Assembly (NCBI GenBank): GCA_964515925.1
Contig: CAZEYP010000005.1
Location: 276 to 64,275, forward strand
DNA: 64,000 nt
Reading direction: 5' to 3'
Source of the DNA: an uncultured Nitrospirota bacterium
GTDB taxonomy: Bacteria > Nitrospirota > Thermodesulfovibrionia > Thermodesulfovibrionales > JdFR-85
This document shows, in pieces, positions 37,705 through 48,053 of this stretch. Each line of letters starts with the position of its first letter. Within the stretch, counting starts at the first letter, position 1. The notes beneath the pieces are model-generated. The model saw nothing but the letters and a program-made list of their open reading frames with translations. It was not told where the DNA came from and searched no databases. The position numbers and the translations under genes are program-made.

Positions 37705-38427
37705 TTGCCAGCAAAGGACAAACTCATACTTGCACTGGATGTTAATGACCCTGGCTATGCCCTTGATATTGTTGACAGGTTTTCCGAATGGGTCAACACC
37801 TTCAAGGTAGGCCTTGAGCTCTTTGTCTCCTCTGGACCAGAGGTGATAAGAAATATCCATGACAGGGGCAAAAAGGTCTTTCTGGACCTAAAGCTACACG
37901 ACATACCCAACACGGTGGCGAAAACTGCTCAGGTAATTGCAGAGATGCAGGTTGATATGTTCAACATCCATGCATCCGGAGGCATGGAGATGATGAAAAG
38001 AACCAGAGAATCTGTGGTAGAGCTGTGTCTGAAGAAAAATCTCAAAAAACCAAAGATAATAGCCGTTACAGTGCTTACAAGCATTTCACCGGTGGAGTTC
38101 AAAAAAGAGATGGGTTTTCAGCACAGTATAAAAACCCATGTTAAACACCTTGCCTCAATGGCATACAAGGCAGGCCTTGATGGTGTGGTTGCCTCAGGCC
38201 AGGAGATAGAAGCAGTGCGAAATGTAACTGATAAAAATTTTATCATTATCACCCCTGGCATCAGGCCTTCATGGGCACCACCTGATGACCAGCGTAGAAC
38301 CATGACGCCGAAAGAGGCTATCCATCGTGGTGCAAGTTATCTGGTAGTAGGAAGGTCTGTGCTCAGACAGTCAGAGCCTGAAAAGGCTATAGAACTAATA
38401 TCCCTTGAGATAATGTCATCGCTATGA
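37705..38427 (+). CDS. pyrF: Orotidine 5'-phosphate decarboxylase
   Basis: 240 aa, TTG start. LILALDV and DLKLHDIPNT motifs. Confidence 0.9.
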   Translation: MPAKDKLILALDVNDPGYALDIVDRFSEWVNTFKVGLELFVSSGPEVIRNIHDRGKKVFLDLKLHDIPNTVAKTAQVIAEMQVDMFNIHASGGMEMMKRTRESVVELCLKKNLKKPKIIAVTVLTSISPVEFKKEMGFQHSIKTHVKHLASMAYKAGLDGVVASGQEIEAVRNVTDKNFIIITPGIRPSWAPPDDQRRTMTPKEAIHRGASYLVVGRSVLRQSEPEKAIELISLEIMSSL

Positions 38428-39956
38428 TTGCTGAAAGCATAAATATCAAACCTGACAAAAGGGATTTCATAGACCTGATAAAATCAAAAGAACCGGTGGC
38501 AATACCACCTCTTTATGTAGAACTTCCCTACATGTCACCCTATCGTGTCTTCGAGGCCCTCAGGGGCCCTGGGGCCATCCTGTTTGAGAGTGTAAAGGGC
38601 TCAGAGAAAATAGCACGATACTCTTTCGTTACCTTTTCCCCTATTCTTGAATTCACTGTAAAAGACGGATTGATAGAGATTATCAGGGATGGAAAAAAAT
38701 CTGTATCAAACAGAAGACCCCTCACAAGGCTAAGGGAGTTGCTTCGAGCCTATCCTCAAAGTTCCCTGAAAGGGCTTCCCCCCTTTCAGGGAGGACTTGC
38801 AGGCTTTTTCAGTTATGATTTTGTTCATTACCTTGAAAGACTACCCTGTACTGCAAAGGATGATCTGGGGATACCTGATGCCCATTTCTACCTGTTCGAT
38901 AGGCTCTTTGCCTTTGACCATAAAGAGAAAAAATCTTACGCCATAGTCTGTCCTGGAGCAGCTATGATAAGTTTCGGATTTAATCTACCTTTTGAAACGC
39001 TCTGTCTTTCAGAAAGCGACTATTTAGAGATTTACGACAATGCCCTGCAGAGCCTGGAATATATGCTTAAAAGGACAAATGAAATCAGCTCTTCTGAGCC
39101 TCCCATAGAGATCCCGCATAAAAAACAAAATGTGGAGATTGTTCACGAGATGCAGATGAGGGAATATATGGATATGGTGGTAAGGGCAAAGGAGTACATC
39201 CGTGCAGGAGACATCTTTCAGGCAAATCTGTCGCAGAGGCTTCATGCAGAGATAGAGCCTGAAAAGCTGTGGTCGCTGTACACAATCCTTAGAAGCATAA
39301 ATCCTTCACCCTTTGCCTGCTATGCAGACTTTGGCAGTTATCAGATAGTGGGCTCATCGCCTGAACGACTTATACGGCTTCAGGGTAAAAAAGCCGAAAC
39401 CCGTCCCATAGCAGGAACAAGACCAAGAAGAGGCATAAAGCATCATGATGAAATAATGAGAGCAGAACTGCTTCTTAATGAAAAGGAAAGGGCAGAACAT
39501 ATCATGTTAATAGACCTGGAAAGAAATGACCTTGGCAAAGTCTGCACCTATGGCTCGGTAAAGGCAGATGAATTGATGATCACAGAAGACTACTCCCATG
39601 TAATTCATATTGTATCAAATGTGAAAGGAGAGTTAGCTGATGGAAGGGATTGCTTCAGTCTTGTGCGGGCTACCTTTCCAGGTGGCACCATAACAGGAGT
39701 TCCAAAGGTCAGATGTATGGAGATAATAGATGAACTCGAACCAACAGCAAGAGGTCCCTATACTGGCTCTCTTGGATATATCGGGTTTAATGGCAACATG
39801 GATTTAAACATTATTATTCGTACCTTTGTAATCAAGGACTCTATTGCCTATGTTCAGGCAGGTGCAGGAATCGTAGCAGATTCAGACCCTGAAAGAGAGT
39901 ATTTCGAGACACTGAGGAAGGCAGAAGCACTGCTTAGCACACTGGAAAGGCTCTAA
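38424..39956 (+). CDS. Anthranilate/aminodeoxychorismate synthase component I (TrpE/PabB family)
   Basis: 510 aa. Chorismate-binding domain with SPERL, IAGTRPR, PGGTITGVPK and GAGIVADSDPE. Confidence 0.85.
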   Translation: MIAESINIKPDKRDFIDLIKSKEPVAIPPLYVELPYMSPYRVFEALRGPGAILFESVKGSEKIARYSFVTFSPILEFTVKDGLIEIIRDGKKSVSNRRPLTRLRELLRAYPQSSLKGLPPFQGGLAGFFSYDFVHYLERLPCTAKDDLGIPDAHFYLFDRLFAFDHKEKKSYAIVCPGAAMISFGFNLPFETLCLSESDYLEIYDNALQSLEYMLKRTNEISSSEPPIEIPHKKQNVEIVHEMQMREYMDMVVRAKEYIRAGDIFQANLSQRLHAEIEPEKLWSLYTILRSINPSPFACYADFGSYQIVGSSPERLIRLQGKKAETRPIAGTRPRRGIKHHDEIMRAELLLNEKERAEHIMLIDLERNDLGKVCTYGSVKADELMITEDYSHVIHIVSNVKGELADGRDCFSLVRATFPGGTITGVPKVRCMEIIDELEPTARGPYTGSLGYIGFNGNMDLNIIIRTFVIKDSIAYVQAGAGIVADSDPEREYFETLRKAEALLSTLERL

Positions 39957-40861
39957 CCAAAAAGGAACCACTTCTTTTTGGTCTTTGCATTGTCAATGGA
40001 GCTCTTTATAGCCTCAAGAAGGCCGAGTATCTCGTCAGACTTCAAGGATTCCTTTTCCATGATATCCGAAAGACGGTCTATTGAGCTCCTGAGTCCGGCT
40101 ATGGCATCCAGTATCTCTCGAAGGCCATCAGAGCTCTCCCTGACAGACTCCTCTCTGGTAACGGGGGTTCTTTTGACTGGTTGAGTTTTAACCTCCGTTT
40201 TCTGTTTAGTTGCTGTTTTTTCCTCAGATTCTGTAATGCCACTGACAGAGCCCTCCTCAGCGCTTACATCTATCTTGTGTTTCCTGGAGACATGTTTAAG
40301 AAGAAGCTTTACTATTGCCTCAAAGGTCCCCCTTACACCCCTTCCCTCTATGGCTACAGATTCAAAAAAGGGCACACCCATCTTGTTTAGCTGGGCATTA
40401 AGCTCTGTAAGAGACATAATATTGTCAAGGTCTCGCTTATTATACTGCATCACAAGAGGGATGTCATCAGGATTGAGATTGTTAGCAATAAGGTTTTCCC
40501 GCATATTCTCAAGGCTTTCAAGGTTTTCTTCAAGCTTATCCCTCTGCGAGTCAGCTACGAACACAACCGCATCTGCTCCTTTAAGCACAAGCCTTCTTGT
40601 TGCATTATAACGCACCTGTCCAGGTACTGTATAAAGCTGAAACCTTATGGAAAAATCCTGTATCTTGCCAAGCTCAACAGGTAGGAAGTCGAAAAACAAT
40701 GTCCTGTCTGCCTCAGTGGAAAGAGAAAGAAGCTTACCCCTTCTCTTTGGGTCAAGCACAGAATGAAGGTATTGTAGGTTTGTGGTCTTACCACTCAGTC
40801 CTGGCCCATAATAAACAATCTTTAGTGTTATCTCCTTGGTAGCGTAATTAAAAAGTGCCAT
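39953..40861 (-). CDS. MglA-like Ras-superfamily GTPase with about 110-aa C-terminal extension
   Basis: 302 aa. The first roughly 190 aa carry KIVYYGPGLSGKTTNLQYLH, DRTLFFDFLP, LYTVPGQV and QYNKRDL. Then comes a low-complexity linker and a helical tail ending KKKWFLFG. Confidence 0.8.
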   Translation of the reverse strand: MALFNYATKEITLKIVYYGPGLSGKTTNLQYLHSVLDPKRRGKLLSLSTEADRTLFFDFLPVELGKIQDFSIRFQLYTVPGQVRYNATRRLVLKGADAVVFVADSQRDKLEENLESLENMRENLIANNLNPDDIPLVMQYNKRDLDNIMSLTELNAQLNKMGVPFFESVAIEGRGVRGTFEAIVKLLLKHVSRKHKIDVSAEEGSVSGITESEEKTATKQKTEVKTQPVKRTPVTREESVRESSDGLREILDAIAGLRSSIDRLSDIMEKESLKSDEILGLLEAIKSSIDNAKTKKKWFLFG

Positions 40862-40874
40862 GGCTACTCCTTTT

Positions 40875-42260
40875 TCAGATTATAACATATACACCGTTAC
40901 GGTTTTTATACTTTACCTTATACATGGCCTCATCTGCAAGATTAAGCAACTCCTCTTTAGATTTAGCTGTATCTGGATAAGAAGCCACCCCAAAGCTGGC
41001 TGTAACCCTGAGGTTGTAACCTTCACTTCTCAGGAATACTGCCTCCTCCACTGCCTTTCTGAGCCTTTCGGCAATCATGGCTGCATACTTTGAAGAGGTT
41101 TGAGGAAGCACTATCACAAACTCATCACCACCATATCGGGCAACGATATCAACAGAGCGTAGCTTGCTAAGCAGTAGCTGAGCAAGTTCTGTAAGAAGTT
41201 TACTCCCCACAAGATGACCGTGGGTATCGTTTACATCTTTGAAACGATCTATGTCCATAAAGATGAGCGAAACATGGGTATTGTATCGGTTTGCCCTCTC
41301 AAGTTCAATATCAAGGGTTCTGTTCAGATATCGTAGATTAAAAAGCTTGGTAAGATCATCCGTTATAACCAGCTCTTCTAACCTTAGCTGCAGCATCACC
41401 TTTTCCACTGCCACCGAGATGTGTCCTGATATATTATTTAGCAGCAAAAGGTCATCCTTGTTGAATTTCCCTTTTTTCTTGTTAATCAGTTCTATTACAG
41501 CCACTACAGAGTCCTTACTCATAACAGGAAACACAAGCATTGAGCTGGTCTTCATAACTCTGTGTAGCTTTATTTCTGCTTTCGCCCTTATATCATCATT
41601 TACATCCTCAACTATAAGAGGCCTTCTCTTTGAAGAAACCCAGCCAACTATACCATCACATGATGGAATTCTTATATCTCTTATTTCCCGTCTCCTTAGA
41701 GATGCCCCAAGCAGCACAAATTCTTTTGTCTCTAAATCTTTTATAAAAACAGCCCAGTTTTTGATATTAAAAACATCCTTAAGTCTCCTCATCAAGTCGT
41801 AAAACAGGGCTCCAATATCCTCATGCTTCATCATTAGATTGATGATCTTTCGCTGAAGGCCTATCAGGGTATGCAATTCACGATTTTCCTCTTTAACCCT
41901 GTTATACTCGTTTAGCACATCTCTTAAAATAATTATCTGGGAAATAACGGATCTTAATTCTTCAGTAGAAGCACTGTATATTATCTCTACATTTTCCCTC
42001 TCTCGCAAATAGGCAGGAACTTTCTCCTTCTGGTTTAACAATACAACTAAAATGGGCACTTTTTTGAAAATAGATTGTATCTTATTAAAAATCCCTTTAT
42101 TGATATCTCTTCTTTTGACTATTATCAGTTTAGGTAGGAGCTTTGAGCCTTCTATTTCCTTGAAGGTCAGGGCATTGAATCTTCCAGTCTTTAATTTCGA
42201 CAGGGCGTCTAAAAGTAGATCTTCCTCTTTTTTCCCGGTTATGTATAGAATCTCAGGCAT
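40875..42260 (-). CDS. Diguanylate cyclase (REC-like N-domain, coiled coil, GAF, GGDEF)
   Basis: 461 aa. RYGGDEF active site with an RSVD I-site five residues upstream. Its start overlaps the secA stop by 8 nt. Confidence 0.85.
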   Translation of the reverse strand: MPEILYITGKKEEDLLLDALSKLKTGRFNALTFKEIEGSKLLPKLIIVKRRDINKGIFNKIQSIFKKVPILVVLLNQKEKVPAYLRERENVEIIYSASTEELRSVISQIIILRDVLNEYNRVKEENRELHTLIGLQRKIINLMMKHEDIGALFYDLMRRLKDVFNIKNWAVFIKDLETKEFVLLGASLRRREIRDIRIPSCDGIVGWVSSKRRPLIVEDVNDDIRAKAEIKLHRVMKTSSMLVFPVMSKDSVVAVIELINKKKGKFNKDDLLLLNNISGHISVAVEKVMLQLRLEELVITDDLTKLFNLRYLNRTLDIELERANRYNTHVSLIFMDIDRFKDVNDTHGHLVGSKLLTELAQLLLSKLRSVDIVARYGGDEFVIVLPQTSSKYAAMIAERLRKAVEEAVFLRSEGYNLRVTASFGVASYPDTAKSKEELLNLADEAMYKVKYKNRNGVYVII

Positions 42261-44934
42261 TCATTCCACAGCATTTCTTATATTTTTTTCCACTTCCACA
42301 AGGGCAGGGCTCGTTTCTTCCAATTTTCTTGCTCTTTTTAACTGGCTTCTTAACCCCATCGTCACCATTTCCTCTATTAAAAATGAGTTTCTGCTCCTGT
42401 TTTTTAGATATCCTTTCAGCCTCGTCTTCAGTACGCACCTGTATCCTGAATATTCGGGTCAGCACCTCTTCTTTTATCCTTTCTGACATCTCAGTGAACA
42501 TCTCGTAGGCCTCTTTTTTGTATTCTACAAGTGGATCCTTCTGGCCATAGCCCCTTAAACCAATTCCCTCTTTAAGGTGGTCCATGGCAAGCAGGTGGTC
42601 TTTCCATTGATTATCCACCACCTGAAGCATTATGATCCTCTCTAAATACCTCATCAGGTCATTGCCAATTTCTTTTTCCCTCTCATCATAAAACTCAATG
42701 AGCTTCTTGATAATCTCTTCCTTCAGGGCCTCCTGTCCTTTAAACTCCCGAGACCCCTCTATCTTCACACCAAAGATCCCGAATATAGTCTTTGAAAGCT
42801 CCTCTGTCTCCCACTCCTCAGGGTATCTGTCTTCAGGGCAATACTCGTAAACCAGGGAATCAACCACATCCTCAATCATCTCTATTACCCTGTCTTTTAA
42901 CGACTCCTCAGACAGTATCTCTTTTCTGAATCTGTATATCTCGATTCGCTGTTTATTCATCACATCATCATATTCAAGCAGATGCTTTCTTATTTCAAAG
43001 TTATGAGCCTCAACCCTTTTCTGAGCATTTTCAATTGCCTTTGTAACCATACGGTTTTCGATTGGCACATCCTCATCCATTCCAAGCTTACCCATCAGAC
43101 CTGATATCTTATCAGAGCCGAATATCCTCATCAGGTCATCTTCGAGCGAAAGATAAAACCTCGTTGACCCAGGATCGCCCTGTCGGCCTGAACGACCACG
43201 GAGCTGATTGTCAATTCGCCTTGCCTCGTGTCTCTCGGTTCCAATTATATGAAGCCCGCCAGATTCTACCACCTTTTTCCTGTCTCTTTCACATATCTCC
43301 TTTGCTTTCCTCAGAGCCTCAGCCTTTTCCTCCTCGGTGGGGTCTTTCTTGTCCTTCAGGAACTCCTTGGCAAGGCCCTCTGGATTTCCACCAAGTACAA
43401 TATCAGTTCCTCTACCTGCCATGTTTGTTGCTATCGTAACAGCACCAGGACGACCAGCCTGTGCAATGATTTCTGCCTCCTTTTCATGATACTTTGCATT
43501 TAGAACAGAATGTTTTATTCCCTTCTTTTTAAGCATCCTGCTCAGGAGTTCAGACTTCTCTATGGATATGGTACCTACCAGAACAGGCTGTCCTCTCCTG
43601 TGGCATTCCTCTATCTCCCTTATAACTGCCCTGAACTTTGCCTTTTCGGTCTTGAAGATCATATCTGGATGGTCAACCCTGATCATGGGCTTATTAGTGG
43701 GGATTACCACCACATCAAGGTTGTAAATCTTGGCGAACTCCTCTGCCTCTGTGTCAGCAGTTCCCGTCATACCGGCAAGTTTGTTATACATCCTGAAATA
43801 GTTCTGAAATGTAATGGTTGCAAGGGTTTGGTTTTCACTCTCTATCTTTACACCTTCCTTTGCCTCTATTGCCTGATGAAGCCCATCAGACCACCTTCTG
43901 CCCGGCATCAATCTCCCGGTAAATTCATCAACTATTACAATCTTTCCGTCCTTTATCACATAATCAACATCCCTCTTAAAAAGATGATGTGCCTTCAGTC
44001 CCTGCAGGATATGATGAACAAGGTCAATGTGGACAGGATCGAAAAGATTCTCTACCCCAAGGAGCTTTTCTGCCTTTTCTGCTCCCTCTTCAGTAAGAAT
44101 TACGGTCTTTGCCTTCTCGTCAATGGTAAAGTCCACATCCTTCTGTAGTTTCGGAATGATCTTGTCAATCTTATAGTATTTACCTACCGACTCTTCTGAT
44201 GGTCCTGATATGATAAGAGGGGTTCTTGCCTCGTCTATCAGGATGCTGTCCACCTCATCTACTATTGCGTAATTAAGCTCACGCTGGCAGTAATCGTTTA
44301 TATCATACTTCATATTGTCTCTCAGGTAATCAAAACCAAACTCGTTGTTTGTTCCATAGGTAATATCAGCATCGTAGGCTTCCTTCCTGCTACAGGGTCT
44401 CAAATGGTTATAACGAGGGTCGTCTGCTTTATACTCGGGGTCGAAGAGGAACGACTCCTCATGCTGGATTACACCAACAGAAAGACCAAGAAAATGGTAA
44501 ATTGGTCCCATCCACTGGGCATCCCTTTTTGCAAGATAATCATTCACCGTGACTACATGAACACCTTTACCCTCAAGTGCATTAAGATAAACAGGCAGCG
44601 TTGCAACAAGTGTTTTACCCTCACCCGTCTTCATCTCTGCTATCTTTCCTTCATGAAGCACAATTCCACCGATAAGCTGAACATCAAAATGCCTCATATT
44701 CAGGACCCTCTTTGCCGTCTCCCTCACAACAGCAAAGGCTTCAACTAAAATATCGTCAAGACTTTCACCTTCCTGAAGTCTCTTTTTAAACTCCTCTGTT
44801 TTCCTTGCAAGCTCTGAATCGGTAAGCCTTGATACTTCTGGCTCAAGGTCGTTAATTTTATGCACAATTGGCCAGAGCCTTTTCAGTTCACGCTCGTTTT
44901 TTGTTCCAAAAACCTTTTTTATAATGGAAATCAT
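42253..44934 (-). CDS. secA: Preprotein translocase ATPase SecA
   Basis: 893 aa. [13 protein letters not shown] Walker [20 protein letters not shown], and C-terminal zinc finger [14 protein letters not shown]. Confidence 0.95.
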   Translation of the reverse strand: MISIIKKVFGTKNERELKRLWPIVHKINDLEPEVSRLTDSELARKTEEFKKRLQEGESLDDILVEAFAVVRETAKRVLNMRHFDVQLIGGIVLHEGKIAEMKTGEGKTLVATLPVYLNALEGKGVHVVTVNDYLAKRDAQWMGPIYHFLGLSVGVIQHEESFLFDPEYKADDPRYNHLRPCSRKEAYDADITYGTNNEFGFDYLRDNMKYDINDYCQRELNYAIVDEVDSILIDEARTPLIISGPSEESVGKYYKIDKIIPKLQKDVDFTIDEKAKTVILTEEGAEKAEKLLGVENLFDPVHIDLVHHILQGLKAHHLFKRDVDYVIKDGKIVIVDEFTGRLMPGRRWSDGLHQAIEAKEGVKIESENQTLATITFQNYFRMYNKLAGMTGTADTEAEEFAKIYNLDVVVIPTNKPMIRVDHPDMIFKTEKAKFRAVIREIEECHRRGQPVLVGTISIEKSELLSRMLKKKGIKHSVLNAKYHEKEAEIIAQAGRPGAVTIATNMAGRGTDIVLGGNPEGLAKEFLKDKKDPTEEEKAEALRKAKEICERDRKKVVESGGLHIIGTERHEARRIDNQLRGRSGRQGDPGSTRFYLSLEDDLMRIFGSDKISGLMGKLGMDEDVPIENRMVTKAIENAQKRVEAHNFEIRKHLLEYDDVMNKQRIEIYRFRKEILSEESLKDRVIEMIEDVVDSLVYEYCPEDRYPEEWETEELSKTIFGIFGVKIEGSREFKGQEALKEEIIKKLIEFYDEREKEIGNDLMRYLERIIMLQVVDNQWKDHLLAMDHLKEGIGLRGYGQKDPLVEYKKEAYEMFTEMSERIKEEVLTRIFRIQVRTEDEAERISKKQEQKLIFNRGNGDDGVKKPVKKSKKIGRNEPCPCGSGKKYKKCCGMNA

Positions 44935-45016
44935 CTCTAAGTCCTTTCTTCTTGATTTTTAATAGTAATCTCATTTAATCATAAATAAACCGATGGTGTT
45001 TATGCAAGGATTCAGC

Positions 45017-46630
45017 TCACAAAATAGCCTTAAATTGCCTCCATAAATACTCCTTGTTTACACCTGTATCTATGAAATCCCAGGGCAGTATTTCATCTTT
45101 TGCCCTCTCTCTGAAGACATAGAATTCTGGCGCAATCTTCTGCTCTTTCATAACCCTGAACCATGCCGATGCATTTCTACACTCTATTAAAAACTGCGAA
45201 AGTCGTCTGTCACCTCGTGCAAGTACACCCTGAAGGTATGCATACTTAACCACATCATGTAAGACCGTAACGCCCCTTTCCGCCCTAAGCCCATCTTTAA
45301 TCATTTTGAGCCTATTTTTTATTGTTTTTTCCTCAGTCATTGCAGTCCATTGAAAGGGAGTAAAGGGTTTGGGGACAAAGGTGCTGACACTAACTGTAAT
45401 CCGCCCTCTCGAAGAAACTGAGCGAATCTTTTTAACAAGATAGACGATATCCATTACATCCTCATCAGTTTCTGTGGGAAGACCAATCATAAAGTATAGC
45501 CTAAGAGTCCTGATATCCTCAGAAAATATCTTTTCAGCAACGCTCAATATATCCTGTTCTTTGATATTTTTATTAACTATATTCCTTAACCGTTGATTGC
45601 CTGCCTCTGGTGCCAGAGAAATGCTCCCCCTGCCTCTGAAGTAACACAATAGCTCTTCGGTCTTCCTGTTCGCCCTTAATGATGTGATAGAAAAGCTCAC
45701 ATCCTTTAATGAAAGAGTCTCTTTTATGTATTTATAATCTGACAGAGATGGCCCTATGAGCCCAACCCTGGCTCCCCTGTTTCTTGCATCCTCTATCTCT
45801 CCGATAAGAGCCTCAAAATCCCTGTTCCTTGGAGGATTGTATATATGTCCGGCAAGACAGAACCTGCAGCTATGCACACACCCCCTCATTGCCTCAACCA
45901 GCACCATGTCAGAAAACTCTGTTTCAGGGGTAACAATAATGTGTCTTACAGCGTGCTCAAGCGACCGGAGGGTAACCTTCCTTATAATCTCTGGTGGTAT
46001 CCTTTGCTTTATGGTGCCATCTTCATTATAAATCACCCTGTGGCGGGACGGAACATAAAAACCATCAAAACCTGATATATCTTCAAGGAATTCCCTTCTG
46101 CTATCTGCTTTTTTATAAACCTCAATCATTGAAAGTAATGATGGCTCTGCCTCTCCAATATATACAAGGTCAAATATATCGGCCAGGGGTTCAGGGTTTT
46201 CTGTGGCAGCTACTCCACCAAGCAGTAATAAGGGATGTCTATCATCTCTTTCTGTTGAAAAAAAAGGTATTCCTGCAAGCTGTAAGATTACAGGTATGGA
46301 AAGATAATCGTTTTCAAAGGATACCGAGAAGGCAACAATATCAAACCTGCTCAGGGGTCTTCTGGATTCGAGAGAAAACAATTGTGAGCCTGTTCTTTTA
46401 AACTCCGCCATAGCCTCACTATCAGGAAGAAAGGCCCTCTCGCATACCACATCGTCTCTGGAGTTTAAGAAACCATAGACTCCCTGAAATCCAAGGTTTG
46501 ACATCCCCACATAGTAGGTATTTGGATAAACAAGGCATATATTCACCCTGCCACCAGGGTCTTTGTAAATGGTTCCCCTTTCCTTTTTAAGTAGTTCGTC
46601 AGCCTTCTGTATCAACCGCCTGCTTATCAT
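45017..46630 (-). CDS. Radical SAM protein with N-terminal B12-binding-like domain
   Basis: 537 aa with a CVHSCRFC cluster motif. The layout resembles the large uncharacterised radical SAM family usually followed by a DUF2344-type region. Confidence 0.75.
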   Translation of the reverse strand: MISRRLIQKADELLKKERGTIYKDPGGRVNICLVYPNTYYVGMSNLGFQGVYGFLNSRDDVVCERAFLPDSEAMAEFKRTGSQLFSLESRRPLSRFDIVAFSVSFENDYLSIPVILQLAGIPFFSTERDDRHPLLLLGGVAATENPEPLADIFDLVYIGEAEPSLLSMIEVYKKADSRREFLEDISGFDGFYVPSRHRVIYNEDGTIKQRIPPEIIRKVTLRSLEHAVRHIIVTPETEFSDMVLVEAMRGCVHSCRFCLAGHIYNPPRNRDFEALIGEIEDARNRGARVGLIGPSLSDYKYIKETLSLKDVSFSITSLRANRKTEELLCYFRGRGSISLAPEAGNQRLRNIVNKNIKEQDILSVAEKIFSEDIRTLRLYFMIGLPTETDEDVMDIVYLVKKIRSVSSRGRITVSVSTFVPKPFTPFQWTAMTEEKTIKNRLKMIKDGLRAERGVTVLHDVVKYAYLQGVLARGDRRLSQFLIECRNASAWFRVMKEQKIAPEFYVFRERAKDEILPWDFIDTGVNKEYLWRQFKAIL

Positions 46631-46652
46631 GGTTTATTATAACAGGCAAGTA

Positions 46653-46975
46653 GAGTTAATTGCGTTTTTTGCGTTAATAGCGTTAATAGCGTTCATAGCG
46701 TTCATTGAGTTGATTGCGTTAATTGCGTTCATAGCGTTCATATAGTTTATTGAGTTAAATGGGTTTGTTGGGGTGGGATGTAGTTAGTGTTGAGAGATGA
46801 ATGTTTAGTGTTGAGTTAGGCTTTTTTACTAAACACTAAAAACTATGCACTCAAAACTAAAACTACTCCCTACACGCTATACGCTACACCCTGTAATGTT
46901 TAGAATTTAGAAATTAGGATTTAGAATTTTTTCTCCTACCCCCTACACGCTACTCCCTACACCCTGTCTTTATTT
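46653..46975. repeat. Compound array: 14 nonamers (GCGTTNATN) then 28 heptamers of four flavours in one unbroken register
   Basis: Nonamers span 46653-46778. Heptamers span 46779-46974: AGTGTTG-type, ACTAAAA-type, CTACACC-type, ATTTAGA-type, then CTAC-type again. Confidence 0.9.
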
Positions 46976-47010
46976 TAATTCCCCCCTTAAATTGTGATAT
47001 ATTAAATAAC

Positions 47011-47961
47011 ATGAAAAAACCAGGACCTGTATCCCTGAAAAACCTGAAACGCTACAGCCTCAAGGAGCGCAAAAGCAAGGTACGCTCTGAATACCTTGGC
47101 AGGCCGGTTTCTCCTGAGGCAAGCCTCTTGGATTTTATTCATTCCATGCCAGATGTCCTTGCAGCAAGGGATATAAAAGATGTCTCAAGGGCAATAATAG
47201 AAGCAAGAAAAAACAAAAACCCTGTAATACTTGCCATGGGAGCCCATCCTATAAAAGTGGGACTCTCACCAATAATAATAGACCTTATTGAGCAGGGGAT
47301 AATTACCGCTCTGGCCACAAATGGGGCAGCCATAGTTCATGACTTTGAACTTGCTTTTGCAGGGCATACATCTGAAGATGTGGCACAAACCCTCGTAGAT
47401 GGCACTTTTGGTATGGCAAAAGAGACTGCAACCATGCTTAACAGGGCCATAAAGAAGGCAGCCAGAGAGGGAAAAGGGCTTGGTGAGGCTGTTGGTGAAA
47501 TGATATACCGTGGAAGAGGCTTTCCCAATCGTCATCTAAGCCTTTTTGGAAATGCATACAGACTTGGCATACCTGCCACAGTGCATGTTGCAATTGGCAC
47601 TGATATTATCCACATGCATCCAGAGTGTGACGGCGGAGCTGTGGGTAAGGCTACCTATACAGACTTCAAGATATTTACCAGCATGGTCTCAGAGCTTGAA
47701 GGCGGGGTTTTTATCAACCTTGGTTCAGCAGTTTTGATTCCCGAGGTCTTTTTGAAGGCATTAACTATAGCAAGAAACCTTGGCAACAGGGTGCAAAATT
47801 TTACCACCCTTACTATGGACTTTATGAGACATTATAGAGCCACTGTTAATGTTGTCCAGAGACCCACCATGTCAGGCGGCAAGGGATATTATCTAATTGG
47901 TCATCATGAGATAATGTTTCCATTGCTTGCAGCAATGGTGAAGGCAGGGAGTAGAGAGTAG
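47011..47961 (+). CDS. Hypothetical protein, possibly deoxyhypusine-synthase-like fold
   Basis: 316-aa ORF. The segment ILAMGAHPIKVGLSPIIIDLIEQGIITALATNGAAIVHDFE loosely recalls DHS-like proteins. Its stop TAG lies in the heptamer array. Confidence 0.4.
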   Translation: MKKPGPVSLKNLKRYSLKERKSKVRSEYLGRPVSPEASLLDFIHSMPDVLAARDIKDVSRAIIEARKNKNPVILAMGAHPIKVGLSPIIIDLIEQGIITALATNGAAIVHDFELAFAGHTSEDVAQTLVDGTFGMAKETATMLNRAIKKAAREGKGLGEAVGEMIYRGRGFPNRHLSLFGNAYRLGIPATVHVAIGTDIIHMHPECDGGAVGKATYTDFKIFTSMVSELEGGVFINLGSAVLIPEVFLKALTIARNLGNRVQNFTTLTMDFMRHYRATVNVVQRPTMSGGKGYYLIGHHEIMFPLLAAMVKAGSRE

Positions 47962-48030
47962 GGCATAGGGTGTAGGGGGTAGTAAAAAAACTACACCCTA
48001 CCCGCTACACCCTACACCCTGTTGTTTAGA
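47948..48030. repeat. Inverted heptamer arrays (NNNGTAG x5, A-rich loop, CTACNCC x4) plus TTTAGAA units
   Basis: gggtgtagggggtag (47968-47982) can pair with ctacaccctacccgc (47991-48005) at 12 of 15 positions. Confidence 0.85.
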
Positions 48031-48053
48031 ATTTAACGCAAATTGGAGGTTAG

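Noticed and set aside
37115-37714. 199-aa ORF on the minus strand.
   Set aside because: It is exactly antisense to dcd, whose product carries unmistakable dCTP deaminase motifs. It is a shadow ORF.
47606-47614. Perfect DnaA box TTATCCACA.
   Set aside because: It is a single occurrence inside a coding region, with no cluster, no AT-rich unwinding element and no dnaA/dnaN nearby. It is compatible with chance.
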